Source of the DNA: Nitrososphaerales archaeon
GTDB lineage: Archaea; Thermoproteota; Nitrososphaeria; Nitrososphaerales; UBA213
Length of the DNA: 64,000 bases
Reading direction: 5' to 3'
Assembly: GCA_965197925.1 (NCBI GenBank)
Contig: CBDAOC010000017.1
Span: 157,102-221,101 of the forward strand
The notes beneath the pieces were generated by a model that saw only the letters and a list, made by a program, of their open reading frames with translations, was not told the origin of the DNA and ran no database searches. The position numbers were made by a program, and so were the translations under genes. Within the stretch, counting starts at the first letter, position 1. Every line of letters begins with the position of its first letter. Shown piece by piece: positions 10,679 through 22,538 of this stretch.

Positions 10679-11724
10679 AGCCTATCCTAAAATTCTAGCT
10701 GATAGTTAATGATTGGTAGAAATGATAACATTTAGAATGCAAGAATATTAGTTCATACTGTCAGGTTTAGTTTTCTTACTATTGATTTTATTAGTATTGT
10801 AGATAGTAGATACTAGAAACAGTTGCATTAACGTGTTTATGACACTACCAATATATCGCTCTATACACTATTAGGCAGTTAGCAAATTCTACTAGCGCCT
10901 GATAATTTTCCTCTCTCTTCTCGAACCTTACCAATAACTTTCTGAACCTGTTATGCCAAGATGCGGTTCTTTCTACAACCCATCTCTTTGCTTTGTACAA
11001 ATTCTTTTTCAACACTTCACCCTTATGACGAATGTGATCCACATATCCCCTTCCTAACTCCATACTCTATCTCAGGGAAATCATATCATATCCTATTCAT
11101 GCATATGTTCTGTTTAACTTTGGGCCTATCAACAACAATGCTATCTATTGTAGGAAAGGCTGATTTCATATCGTGTTTATTTGCTCCAGTAATTACAGAT
11201 GAGAGAGGTACTCCTCTTCTATCAACCAGCATGTGACGTTTGGTACCTAGCTTGCCTCTATCCGTTGGATTTGCTCCGGTTGTTTTCCCCCTAATGGGGC
11301 CTTCGGTACGCTATCCATGGATTGCCAGTCCCATCCCATGCTCTTCAATTCATCATATATTTCCAGCAGCCTCTTCCATACCTTCTTGAATACTCCTATC
11401 CCAATCCATTCCTGAAATCTTGCATGGCAAGTTGAACCAGAACCAAATTCTTTAGATACCTTCTTCCACTGGCATCCAGTTCTTAATACGTACAGTATTC
11501 CATTCAACACTTTTCTAAATGGTACAGCTGGTCTTCCAACTGTTCTTGCTGGTTTCTCTGGTGGCAACACTAGTTTGAACTCTACCCATAGATTGTCTGG
11601 TATATGCCATATGGTCGGCATGCTCTTTTTCTTTGATTTTCTCACAAATTTAGCTAGAGAGGACAGATCTAGATCTGTTTCGGTATAAACAATTAGGCTA
11701 TGATGTTAATTTTAGGATAAGCCC
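10678..11724 (-). mobile_element. IS5-family (IS427-like) element, pseudogenised
   Basis: TIRs gagcctatcctaaaatt/aattttaggataagccc with TTA on both flanks; LRTGCQW, NPTDRGKLGTKRH and RWVVERT motifs; GGGGGAAAA shift site; extra stop and frameshift in orfB. Confidence 0.9.
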
Positions 11725-11759
11725 TTAAATAGATTCTCTGATTAGAAAGTACAGAACAA

Positions 11760-11891
11760 ATGAACAAATTAGGAATAATGGCACTTATCATATCATCAAT
11801 AGCTCTTGCTGAAGCCACTTATCTTTTTATTAGATATTGCCAATTCATAGATGTTTTTAGACAGGCATTTGGTGGTAGTGGTTGCTTCTAG
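11760..11891 (+). CDS. 43-aa hydrophobic small protein
   Basis: Hand translation MNKLGIMALIISSIALAEATYLFIRYCQF...GCF; TTAAATA ~30 nt upstream. Confidence 0.4.
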   Translation: MNKLGIMALIISSIALAEATYLFIRYCQFIDVFRQAFGGSGCF

Positions 11892-12471
11892 TTAGCGGAT
11901 CAATTTCTATTATACACCGTTAATGTTGAGCACCAAGAACTGACGGTGTTCGGTGGTGAGCCATTAACTGTAGTAACAACATTACCGTAAAATTTAGAAT
12001 TTTGAACCATTACGCTTTTTCGCGGTACCTATGGGTAGTAAAACACGTAGGTTAGCTGTTTATATGATATCACTTGTATCACTAGGTAAGATGGTGGTTA
12101 TGTCCTTTATAGATAAAAACAATAAACAATGGGTTACCCATTAGGAATTTTTCAATTATTGGGTTTGAAGGGACAGAAAAGAAGTTCAATAATCAGGTTG
12201 TAATAAAGAGACAATAATAATGGTCAGCTAGACGGTATTTCATTCGGATTAATGGTGTCCGGAACAATTGAAGAAAGTGATGAAATAGCCAGCAGAGTAA
12301 TAACATCTTTTAGATTGATACAGGAAGGTGTCATAGGTTATAATACAATCGTTATGGAATGAATTAAGTGTTATAGTTTGAGGGATACATATGAGACATC
12401 ATAATTACGGTACCACATCCGTATGCTTAAATAACTATTAGTGTGACTATGGAGAGAGGCGAAAGAATACC

Positions 12472-12792
12472 TTGAGTACGGCATACATTGAAGATAGTAC
12501 GGCAGGTCCTAGTGATGTACAGAGAAGAGAAGTACGGGCTTCAAGCTATTCACCTAGCGCCATTTGGATAGGCAATGCAAGTTCCAGTTATAAAGTACGT
12601 CAGCAACTATTGCATGTTGCCATTGACGGTGACGAAAAGAGTGGATATGCAATTCAATGCGTAGAATATCCCGCAGCACTAAGTCAGGGTAAGACAAAAG
12701 AGGAAGCCAAGAAGAACGTCCTTGAAGCAATCTCCTTAGTCCTAGAGGAAGAAGGCAAACCTATAGAGGACATTATAATTATTGAATCTTAA
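12472..12792 (+). CDS. hicB: HicB-family antitoxin with N-terminal extension
   Basis: GYAIQC...PAALSQGKTKEEAKKNVLEAI. Confidence 0.85.
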   Translation: MSTAYIEDSTAGPSDVQRREVRASSYSPSAIWIGNASSSYKVRQQLLHVAIDGDEKSGYAIQCVEYPAALSQGKTKEEAKKNVLEAISLVLEEEGKPIEDIIIIES

Positions 12793-12968
12793 TGTCTCTT
12801 CCTGTGTTATCGGGAAAGGAATTAATCAAGATACTAAGCAAAGTTGGATTTGAAGTACCACGAATCTATGGCGATCACGCATTCTTGAAACATACAGATG
12901 GAAGGCGTACTACAGTTCCACTATATAATGAAATAAGCCATTGCTTTCCAAGATTATTGGGCAGATAG
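12792..12968 (+). pseudogene. hicA: HicA-family toxin, frameshifted near the 3' end
   Basis: TAATG coupling with hicB; MSLPVLSGKELIKILSKVGF...GDHAFLKHTDGRRTTVP; expected tail LLSKIIGQIGL lies in another frame. Confidence 0.8.
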
Positions 12969-13059
12969 GGTTGGATAGAAACGAATTATCAAATTGTATC
13001 ATGAGCATGGGTGATTTGATTGGTAGTTCAATCTAGACGTTTTATCGATTGGAAATTGA

Positions 13060-13482
13060 GTGAGCAGGGAAGATTGGAGTAAATATTTGCTACATGACGG
13101 CACTAGGCTCTTTGTGCGTATGGCCGTTCGAAAAATACTCCGCACGCCTGAGCTTGGTGATACCGGTTATCCTGACGTAACCATGGAATCAACCAATATC
13201 GTAACTGCGTACGTTCCCGATTGGCTGAAACGTCAACCATCTATCCCACCTTATGATCCCAGGGTTGACAAAGGTGAAGAAATACGCTTTGAAGCCCAAG
13301 AGGAAAAATGGTAAGAGTATCAAACCCCTGATGGATTTCGGATATTTGTCAAGCCTGTGGTTGTCAAAGTTGTCAAGGTTGTCAAGTTTGACAAGTATTA
13401 TTCGTATGGGGAACCAGTATATGCTGCTACTACACAAGGAATTACCAATATGGAAAAAATCAAGGCAGAATCCGGTAAATAA
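13060..13482 (+). pseudogene. Two-repeat-domain hypothetical protein with in-frame TAA at 13312
   Basis: EDWSKYLLHDG...GYP and EKW*EYQTPDG...GEPVY repeats in one frame; 9-bp tandem repeat VVK x3. Confidence 0.6.
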
Positions 13483-13713
13483 TAGATGAATGCTAGAAAA
13501 ATCTCGGGTTGCAAATTCCACTTTTTGTTCTATTCATGCGTTTTTCCAAATGTAGTAATTTAAGGATGGCTTGTTAAAAGTCAGTGAGACAAAAGCCTCA
13601 CCCTGTAATTGCCCTGGATAATTCAAACTAGCATCAAATGACGTAATTTTAACTTCCTACCGATAGTCAGAGAAACCAACTCTTCGATAAGGGAGATCAA
13701 TTCGCAATGACAC

Positions 13714-13754
13714 TGGTGGCCGGGATTTGGCCAAGGGAGCCTCAAGTCGAACCC
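13714..13754 (-). other. Possible relic tRNA 3' fragment with a T-loop intron
   Basis: Minus strand reads GGGTTC[20 nt]AAATCCCGGCCACCA. Confidence 0.35.
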
Positions 13755-13787
13755 ATTCACTTCAACTAATGCTTCGGTCCAAATCTC

Positions 13788-14906
13788 CTAGTCTTCTTGA
13801 AAGCCCGCATAGGATTCCTTTTTATATTCACAACTTTCTGCTATTTTCTCGATAAACTCTGGTTTCATATAATGAATGTTGTCACCAACCTGTTCTATCT
13901 CTTTCTTTAATTTAGAATAGGCAATGAACTTGCATATCTTTCGTAAAGGAGGATTTAGCCTGGCAAAAGTAGGTCTATTGATTTCTGTAGAAACTTTATC
14001 TTGTCGTTCATCAGGTGCTATAATGTAAAGATCAATTTTGATGTTGGGTACCATACTTACCAAATCGGCCATCCTTAACAGTCCTGAGTAGATCGCAGTG
14101 CTATGCTCAACCTCGAAGGCAGATAGTATCACATTATCTTTCAACCATAACACATCAATCAATTCTATGATTCTATTGGTTACCTCATCAAACTGTCTAG
14201 GTAACTTCTCTCTTAAATTAGGAATATCTTGGAAACTCTTACCATTAACTTCACGATTTCTATCGTTTCTTGCTACATAAACATCAAGACCAAGATCAGA
14301 ACCCAGCTTTAGCAGCAACCACTGAATTTCCTCATGCGATGTCCCTTTTTCCACTTCAGTTACTGGTTCTTGCTCCTTTTCTTCATCTGGGACAGTAACA
14401 GGTCCAACCTTTGACTCATATACTCGTGGACGTCGCCAGTATTTCCTTTGATCATAATCTCGTTCTACAGGATTCTCTTTTGCGTTCTTTATTGCTTCAA
14501 CTATTATCTTACCATCTTGAGTATTAAACTCAGTAGGCGAACCTCTAAGGGGACCTGTCCAAGACCTTTTTGATTTCATATTATGAAACACAGAGAGTTT
14601 ATCCTTCAACTCTTGAATCGGCACGGCTGTCTTTGCGTCAAGGGTATAAATTGTCCTAACTTTAAAACGGCAGGGAAAGGCTTCGTCAGCCCAAATAGGC
14701 GTCTTGTCAAAATAGCACTTTGACTTTACCTCTAAGATACCTATTAGTCTTGAGAGTCCAGTCAAGTAACATATCAGGTAATCTCCGGCATTGATCTTTT
14801 GTGCCACCTTTCTCCTTGTTTCTCGAAAGCCGGTAACATTAGCACCGTTCTTAAGAAATTCTTCCCATGTCTTACCCGTGAATAAATCTAACCAGTATTT
14901 AGTCAT
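13788..14906 (-). CDS. EVE-domain protein with C-terminal PD-(D/E)xK-like nuclease; putative modification-dependent restriction enzyme
   Basis: YWLDLF...GFR...GDYLICY EVE motifs; C-terminal IDVLW...AFEVEHST...SGLLRM. Confidence 0.8.
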   Translation of the reverse strand: MTKYWLDLFTGKTWEEFLKNGANVTGFRETRRKVAQKINAGDYLICYLTGLSRLIGILEVKSKCYFDKTPIWADEAFPCRFKVRTIYTLDAKTAVPIQELKDKLSVFHNMKSKRSWTGPLRGSPTEFNTQDGKIIVEAIKNAKENPVERDYDQRKYWRRPRVYESKVGPVTVPDEEKEQEPVTEVEKGTSHEEIQWLLLKLGSDLGLDVYVARNDRNREVNGKSFQDIPNLREKLPRQFDEVTNRIIELIDVLWLKDNVILSAFEVEHSTAIYSGLLRMADLVSMVPNIKIDLYIIAPDERQDKVSTEINRPTFARLNPPLRKICKFIAYSKLKKEIEQVGDNIHYMKPEFIEKIAESCEYKKESYAGFQED

Positions 14907-15848
14907 CCAGGCATCTATGTCACACCTGCCGAGTCCACCTTTAAAGTTTAACGCATGCGATCAGTGCAATACAAAGAAACTATCAGCGAATCAAACCCCC
15001 ATATGTTAATATTATGTGGTCAAAAATCAACCTTCCTGATTTTGAATATTTAAAATGGGTTCTACTTGTTTAACGTATTTGATCTGTTTCTGATATGAGT
15101 TTTCAAGATCCCAAAACCGTCTAGGTTCTTTTCCGCCAATCACGTTTCTCCATATCCCATTCAATATGTGTTCGAAGGTATTGCAATTGATCTTTAGACA
15201 TTCTCTATGAGTGCCTTTCCGCCAATCAGTGGTCTCTCATTCCCAAATCTAGGATAGGTTTTGAGGATACAAGGCAGGGGTTTTACATTTGAACTTGAAA
15301 CATAACTCGCATTTTGAAACGTTGTCTATTGGACTAGGTCCACATATACTGATCTTATTACACATGGTACACTTTGTAATCTTCTCATCTTAGCTCTTGT
15401 CTTTGTTACCCCTAATATATTTTGATAATTGCTTCCGCCTTTGGCTTGGCAGTCTTTGCTGTGATTCCTGCCTTTGTCAAACAGCCCTGCCCTTCCATCA
15501 ATCATGCGAAAAGTCTACATAAGATGCACAGGCCCTGGCCAGCCCGGCGATCTAACCATTATCGTCATGTCCAGATCATCAGAATTGACCAGGGCCGAAA
15601 ACACGAAACGGGGGAAGGGATCCAGACGGCATAAGACATGACTTTCAAGCAACAAAGACCATGAGTACAGAAAAGGTTTGGAGGAATGTGTTGGCATGGC
15701 TTGTGAGGATGGGCATTACCTGCAGGCTGCGGGGGTCTTCCATACAATACAAACGGATGCTTCCAAGCGGAAATGGGATTATATACCGCAATGTAGATGG
15801 TTGTCGCATGATAGGTTATTTCAGGCCTGGTGGTAGTGGTCGCAAGGC

Positions 15849-18800
15849 GTGATGACATTTGATGATGTCCTAGGGAAGATTAAAGGCGAGGCGACAGACA
15901 GCAGGGATCTTGGCACCAGGTTTGAAAGCATGATGCTGGATTTTTTCAGGACGGACAAGCACTACAAGAACAGGTTCGGCGACAGGGTCTGGCCTTGGAA
16001 AAAATGGGCATATGACAACAAGGTGTACAGGCCTGACGAGGGAATTGACATAGTGGCCGAAGAGGCAAACGGGGATCTGTGCGGAATACAGTGCAAGTGC
16101 TATGCGGATGACCACAGCATAGACCTCAAGGCACTCGGCACGTTCATGACTGCCTGCACCACATACAAAATGAGAAACGTGATCCTGGTCTATACCGGGG
16201 ATCATGTCACGGAAAAAGCCGAGCATCATCTCAAAAAGCACAACGGCGCCATCATAACACAGGAGACACTGCGTTCTTCAAGTGTTGACTGGGGCGATTT
16301 TCCAAGGCTCAAGGTGAGGCGGCCGTACGAGCTTTACCCGTTTCAAAAGGCTGCGTTTGACGACTCGATTAAAAATTTCAAAACGAGTAACCGCGGACAG
16401 CTCATCATGGCATGCGGCACCGGCAAGACGCTGGTCTCGCTCAGGATAATGGAAAAAGTGGTACCGCATAACGGCATCGTGCTGTACCTGGTGCCGTCAA
16501 TAACCCTGATACAGCAGAGCATGAGGAGCTGGTCCGAAAACAGGAAGACCGGACAGTACTATGTCGGGGTATGCTCGGACAAGTCGGTATCCGGCGAGGA
16601 GGGAAGCATAGCGGAGCTGGAATCCCCGGTATCGACCAGGCCTGAAGACCTGAAGCGGTATCTGAAGGAGAGGCCAGGCGACCGCACGACCGTCATATTC
16701 TGCACGTACAACTCGATACAGGTGGTGGCTGACTCTCTCGGCGGGCGGAAGATAGATCTGGCACTATGCGACGAGGCGCATCGAACCATCGGCGGTGCTG
16801 GCGATTCATACTTTACCACGGTCCACGAGGATTCGCGTATTCCAATAGAAAAGAGGCTCTACATGACGGCCACACAGAAGATCTTCACGCCCAAGATAAG
16901 AATGGCCGCCGATGCCCAGGAGAAGGTCATCTACGCCATGGATGACGAAGAGGTGTACGGCCCGATCTTCCATGAGCTGGCGTTTGGCGATGCGGTCCAC
17001 AAGCACGGGGCACTCTCGGACTACCGCGTCATAATAGCGTCCATCAGTCAGGCCGACATGAATCCCGACCTGCAGCAAAGCATGGCCGACGATGACGGGC
17101 TGCTTTCACTCGGCACCAAGAACAAGATGGTGGCCACATGGCATGCCCTGAGATATCCTGAAGGCGAGGACGCGGGCGAGATGCTGCTTCAGCATGCAAT
17201 AGTATTCTCCAACACCATAAGGGCGTCAAAAGATTTTACCGGGGAGCATGACGGCGGGCCTGACGGCGGGCCTGACGAGGATCCGGCTGATTCAGGCAAG
17301 ACCCCGGAGTACGGTTTCAGGGGGTGGTAAGCAAGGTAAACCAGTCCGAGTCGACAAGCAAGAACGTCTCCGTGCTACACGTGGACGGCGGTACACGCGC
17401 GCTGAAGAGAAAGAGGCATCTCAGGTGGCTTGCGGAAAGCATTGACGACCGGGACGTCTGCCGCATCCTGTCAAATGCCAGGTGCCTGTCCGAGGGAATC
17501 GACGTTCCGGCGCTTGACTGCGTGGTATTCATGGAGCCAAGAAGATCCGTCGTGGATGTAGTGCAGGCCGTGGGCAGGATCATGCGAAAATCAAGGGGCA
17601 AAAAATACGGATACGTCATACTGCCGGTGGCCGTCCCCGCGGGCGTGGACATCAATGACACGCTTGATGACAACAGGACGTGGGGCACGGTCTGGGAAGT
17701 CCTGAATGCATTGCGTTCACATGACCCTGACCTGAATCTGGACATCAACAAGCTCGTGCTTGACAAGAAAATCTCGAATGGCAGGGTAGGCGAAAAAATA
17801 AGGCTGATGTCGGTAACGGATAGCGGCCAGGCACCCGACAAAAAATACCTTGACAAATTTTACGCCAAGCTGGCCTCCAGGCTTGTTGAGAAGGTGGGCG
17901 ATGCCAACTATTATGACAAGTACGGGGAGAAACTTGGAGAGGCTTCGAGAGCAATAGAGGAAAGAATCACCGCCAAAATAAGGTCATCCGACGCCGTTCT
18001 AGACGAGGTCCGGAACCTGCACGCCAGCCTCAAGACCGTGATAAACGACGCCGTGACCCAGGACGATGCGGTACGCGTAATGGCACAGCACCTTGTACTC
18101 TCGCGCGTCTTTGATGCCATGTTCCAGGGGGAGTTCCAGTCACACAACCCGATATCCGTCGCGCTTGACGGCGTGGCCAAAAAGGTCGGGCTTGACGGGA
18201 GCTCGAGGGTCTTGAGGACTTTTACAGTGAGGCACAGAGCGAGTTGAGGGAGGTTACCACGCGTGAGGCAAGACAGAACTTTATCAAGAAGATTTACGAG
18301 AATTTTTTCAAGAGCGTGTCCAAAAATGAGACCGAGCAGCACGGCGTGGTGTACACGCCTGTCGAGATCGTGGACTTTATCATAAAAAGCATAGAACATG
18401 TCCTGCGTGAAGAGTTTGGCCGCGGACTTGACAGCAAGGACGTAAAAATCCTTGACCCGTTTGCGGGCACCGGGACGTTCATTTCCAGGCTGCTGGAGTC
18501 CGGGCTAGTCAGGGAAAACATGTATGGGAAGTATCGAGAGGACATGCATGCAAACGAGCTGATCCTTCTTGCGTACTATATTGCCACGGTCAACATAGAG
18601 ACCACGTACTCAAGCCTCAACAACATGAAGTACGTGCCGTTTGAAGGAATTGCATACACCGATACACTGCAACAGGATCCCAGATACCTGGAAGACCCAA
18701 GCCACAGGCAGAAGACCGTGACGCTGGACAATGCATTTATCGGTGCCTATAAGCGGGTGACGCGGCAGAACCAGTCATGCATCGATGTGATAATGGGAAA

Positions 18801-20498
18801 TCCGCCATACTCGGCAGAGGACAGCAAAACGCCAATGATGACAATCCCAACGTGAAGTATTTTGAACTTGATGAGAGAATTAAAAATACTTACGCTGTGA
18901 AAACAAAGGCCAGCGCTAAAAAATCTCTATACGATTCATATATCCGCTCGCTCCGGTGGGCATCCGACCGCATCGGCGAGCACGGGGTAATAGGGTTTGT
19001 CACCAACGGCAGTTTTATCAGGTCGGATGCAACAGCCGGCATCAGGTACCATCTGCATGAGGAGTTTACGGACGTGTGGTGCTTTGACCTTAGGGGTAAT
19101 GCGAGAACAAATGGAGAAGATCGCAGACATGAAGGTGGAGGGATTTTCGGTTCCGGTTCACGCGCCCCGATCACAATCATTGTCCTGGTCAGGAATCCAG
19201 CCAGAACAACACATCACATACACTACAAGGACATTGGCAACTATCACAACCGCGAAAAGAAACTGGATATCATAAGGAATACAGGCTCCATTAACGGCAT
19301 TGAAGACTGGCAGGCAATCACGCCGGACAAACATCATAACTGGCTGGACCAGCCCGGTGAGGCAGGCAGTCAGTTTGAGAAATATATCCCAATCGGCGAT
19401 AGCGATACAAAAAGGAACAAAGCCGAGACCGGAATATTCAGGATGTATTCACGTGGTCTAGTATCAGATAGGGATGCCTGGGTCTACAACTCATCCATTA
19501 CGGAACTCGAAAAAAATGTCAGGCATCATATAGGCTATTGTAACACACAGCATCCTGATAATTTTATAATCGATCCCAGACAAGCAAAGATTTCTCGTTC
19601 ATTAATTGAACTACTAAAAAGAGGACGGAAAACCCGTTTTGACAGGCGGCATATACGTACGGCATTATACAGGCCGTTATTCAAACAACAACTGTACTAT
19701 GATGATGTCCACATTGAGATGCGATATAGAACGTATTTGTTCTTCCCCAATGGCGGCTCTGAGAACCTGGTGATTGTAGTGCCATACAAATTCATTGGCA
19801 GATCCTCCACATTCATAACGGATGTGACGCCGGATCTACATATTATTCATACAAACCAGTGTTTCCCACTTTACACATACGACAAAGACGGCCGCAGGCA
19901 TGACAACATAACAGACCATACGGTACGGATATTCCGCAAATACTACAGGGATGATTCCATAGGCCGCAAGGACATATTCTACTATGTGTATGGACTGTTG
20001 CACCATCCCGGCTATATCACAAAGTATCAGAACAGCCTGGCACGCATGCTTCCACGCATTCCAATGGCCCCAGATTTTCAGACATTCTCCAAGGCCGGAA
20101 AGGAGCTGGCAGGCCTGCATCTCAACTATGAGAGCTGTCCACGATACGGTCTTGGCGAACCCAAAAATCATGTAAAGAACTTTGCAAGGATGTCATTTGG
20201 CAAAGACAGGACAACGATGCGCATAAACGGTCTTGACATGTTTGACAATATTCCAAAGGTCACGTATCGTGTAAACAGAAGAACGCCATTGGAGTGGGTA
20301 GTTGATAGATACAGATTCACGACAGACGGGGACAGTGGTATTACAAATAATCCGTGTGAGGGGGCTGATCCAATAGCACTCATAGAGAGGGCGGTCTATG
20401 TGGGCGTGGAATCAGACAAAATCATAAACGAACTGTCAGGGAAGGAGTTCGAGTCAGATGACTGGGAACCCCTAAAAACCGGCCTTGACGCATACTAG
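15849..20498 (+). pseudogene. Type ISP restriction-modification enzyme (LlaGI-like) split by three -1 frameshifts
   Basis: Mrr-like DEGID...QCK; SF2 helicase MACGTGKT/DEAH/MTAT/QAVGR; MTase DPFAGTG and NPPY; C-terminal TRD; ORFs 15849-17330, 17324-18247, 18244-18855, 18777-20498. Confidence 0.9.
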
Positions 20499-20829
20499 AT
20501 ACCATGCCATTGCACCTTGGGATCTCACTGATTTTTCAGGACCGCTGCATTAGATGGTTGTGGCGTTATGCTAGGATGTCCCTTGGCCCCTGTGGTTCCA
20601 CAATCTCCTCATCAGCTGACGTACCTACAATGGTTACTGGCAAGCTTCCACATAGAATTCCCCGTCCTTTGATAGGCACCGGAGCCATAACAGTACCCAT
20701 AACCGCAAGAGGTTAATACAGCAAAGGCTAGTTTATCGTTCACTGTATCTTTCACTAAAAACTGGGTAACAACCGGGTATGGAGAATACAGTCATCCGTT
20801 CTATCGCGTATGTTACATTTGATATGGTA

Positions 20830-21075
20830 TCCACATGACGGATTGGGATGCTACCTGTCATAAGACGAGGAATGCCAGGAAGTTCATTAGGGAGCCCCAG
20901 TGCTGAAGGTGAAATTCCTGCCAAAGAAGGTGCCACACCTAAACCCTGTAGAAAAGTTGGTTAATGCACTGATGAAATCAGTTGCATGCCCCAATAGGAG
21001 TCATCGTGGCATAGAAGAGGTAATAACAAATACTTATAGATTCTTCAGAGAATACAGAAAGAATTCCTACACCTG
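20830..21075 (+). mobile_element. IS630-family transposase 3' remnant
   Basis: Hand translation gives WDATCHK and FLPKKVPHLNPVE motifs in shifted frames. Confidence 0.6.
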
Positions 21076-21290
21076 ACTTAGTTCATCAAGAAGTTGTTTT
21101 CTTTTCTGTTCGGCTATATCTGGGAACTTACCCATACCGTCAAAAAGAATAGCTTTAGAGAGTTCGAATTCTTCACTACAGTGTGAGCACTCGGCAACAA
21201 GATTAGAATTCTTCAATTCGTTTATTATTTCAATATTCCCCAAAGCTCTGAATCCATTAATCATACGTTCACTTAATAATATATATGCCC
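21067..21290 (-). pseudogene. Truncated N-terminus resembling Holliday-junction-resolvase-like endonucleases (CxxC)
   Basis: AECSHCSEEFELSKAILF followed by the start of a coiled coil; ends at the IS630 remnant. Confidence 0.4.
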
Positions 21291-21434
21291 ATTTGATGTG
21301 GTAAGATACAGTCCTTAACTCATAAAGATCTAATGTCAATAATAGCAAGTTATTTTTGATGAAAGAAAATAACTTAGGGAGAAACAAAAAGTACAACCAA
21401 CCTTAAATCATCTTAATACTAATTGTAACGGATA

Positions 21435-22538
21435 ATGGTACTTCGGGATAGTGATATCGATAAGTAGGAGTATAAAGAGCATACAAAGGTAAAGCATGAA
21501 ATCCTCACGAAATATTTGGATGGTTGGACAAAGATCTTGAGTAGTACCAATGAAAGACTTCTCTATTTCGACTGTTTCGCGGGAAGAGGGGAATACAAGG
21601 AAGGACATCTCGGTTCTCCTATACTTATTATGATGGAAGCACAAAAATACGCTAGTAAAGGATGGGAATTTATCTGCATTGCTGTAGAAAAGGACAAGAC
21701 TAATTTTGACAATCTGAAGAAAGTATACGATAGAGAGAAGCACAGATTTCCAGATGTAAAGTTCAAACCCGTACATGGGACATTCGAGAAGTGTGTAGAC
21801 GAGATATCCGATTATCTTGAGAAAGAAAGATCAAATATAGCTCCTTCATTCTTTTTCATCGATCCGTTTGGTTTCGGCGGTGCGCCATTCAAGCTTGTCA
21901 AAAAGATATTGTCGTATCAGCATACGGAGATTCTAGTTACTTTTATGTCACGTGATATAAGCAGATTCTTCGAAAGTGCTCCACATGTCAAAGCAATCGA
22001 GGAACTGTTTGGAGCTAAGGTAGACCTAAAGGATTTTCCTGTAGATATCACTAGCAGGCAGGATGCACTAGTAGAATTATACAGGAAGCAGCTCGCACAT
22101 GATGCAAAAGCAAAATTCACATGTGCCTACAAATTGAGCCAGACAGATGCAAGGAAGTCGATCTACCATCTGATACATGCTACAAACCACTTCAAAGGAT
22201 TGAAACTGATGAAAGATATCACATATAGCCAAGGTGCTGCTGGCATGTTCACGTACTTCGGACCTGATGAAAGGAAGTTCGGCAAGGATCAGATGCGTCT
22301 TGATGAGTTCAAGACGCCGGAATTCCAGCAATTCCTGCTTAAGCGGTTTGCAGGTAAGACTATAAGTTTCTGGGATATCATGGAAGAAACATACACCGAG
22401 ACTCCATACATAGAAAAACATTACAGAAATGCATTAAAAGATTTAAGGGACAGGAATATTGTTGGGTTTAAACCTATCAAACCAAGACCAAGGGGAGGGC
22501 TGGATTATTCGGACAAACTCGTTTTTCAAGCTAGATAA
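21435..22538 (+). CDS. tcmP: TcmP (three-Cys-motif partner) family protein; in-frame TAG at codon 11 (21465)
   Basis: HTKVKHEIL.KYL, YFDCFAGRG...GSP, FFFIDPFGF, YHLIHATNH.KG...MK and a wHTH-like C-terminus. Confidence 0.82.

Noticed and set aside
15870..20383. Numerous minus-strand ORFs within the type ISP gene
   Set aside because: Antisense shadows caused by GC-rich codon usage; no motifs
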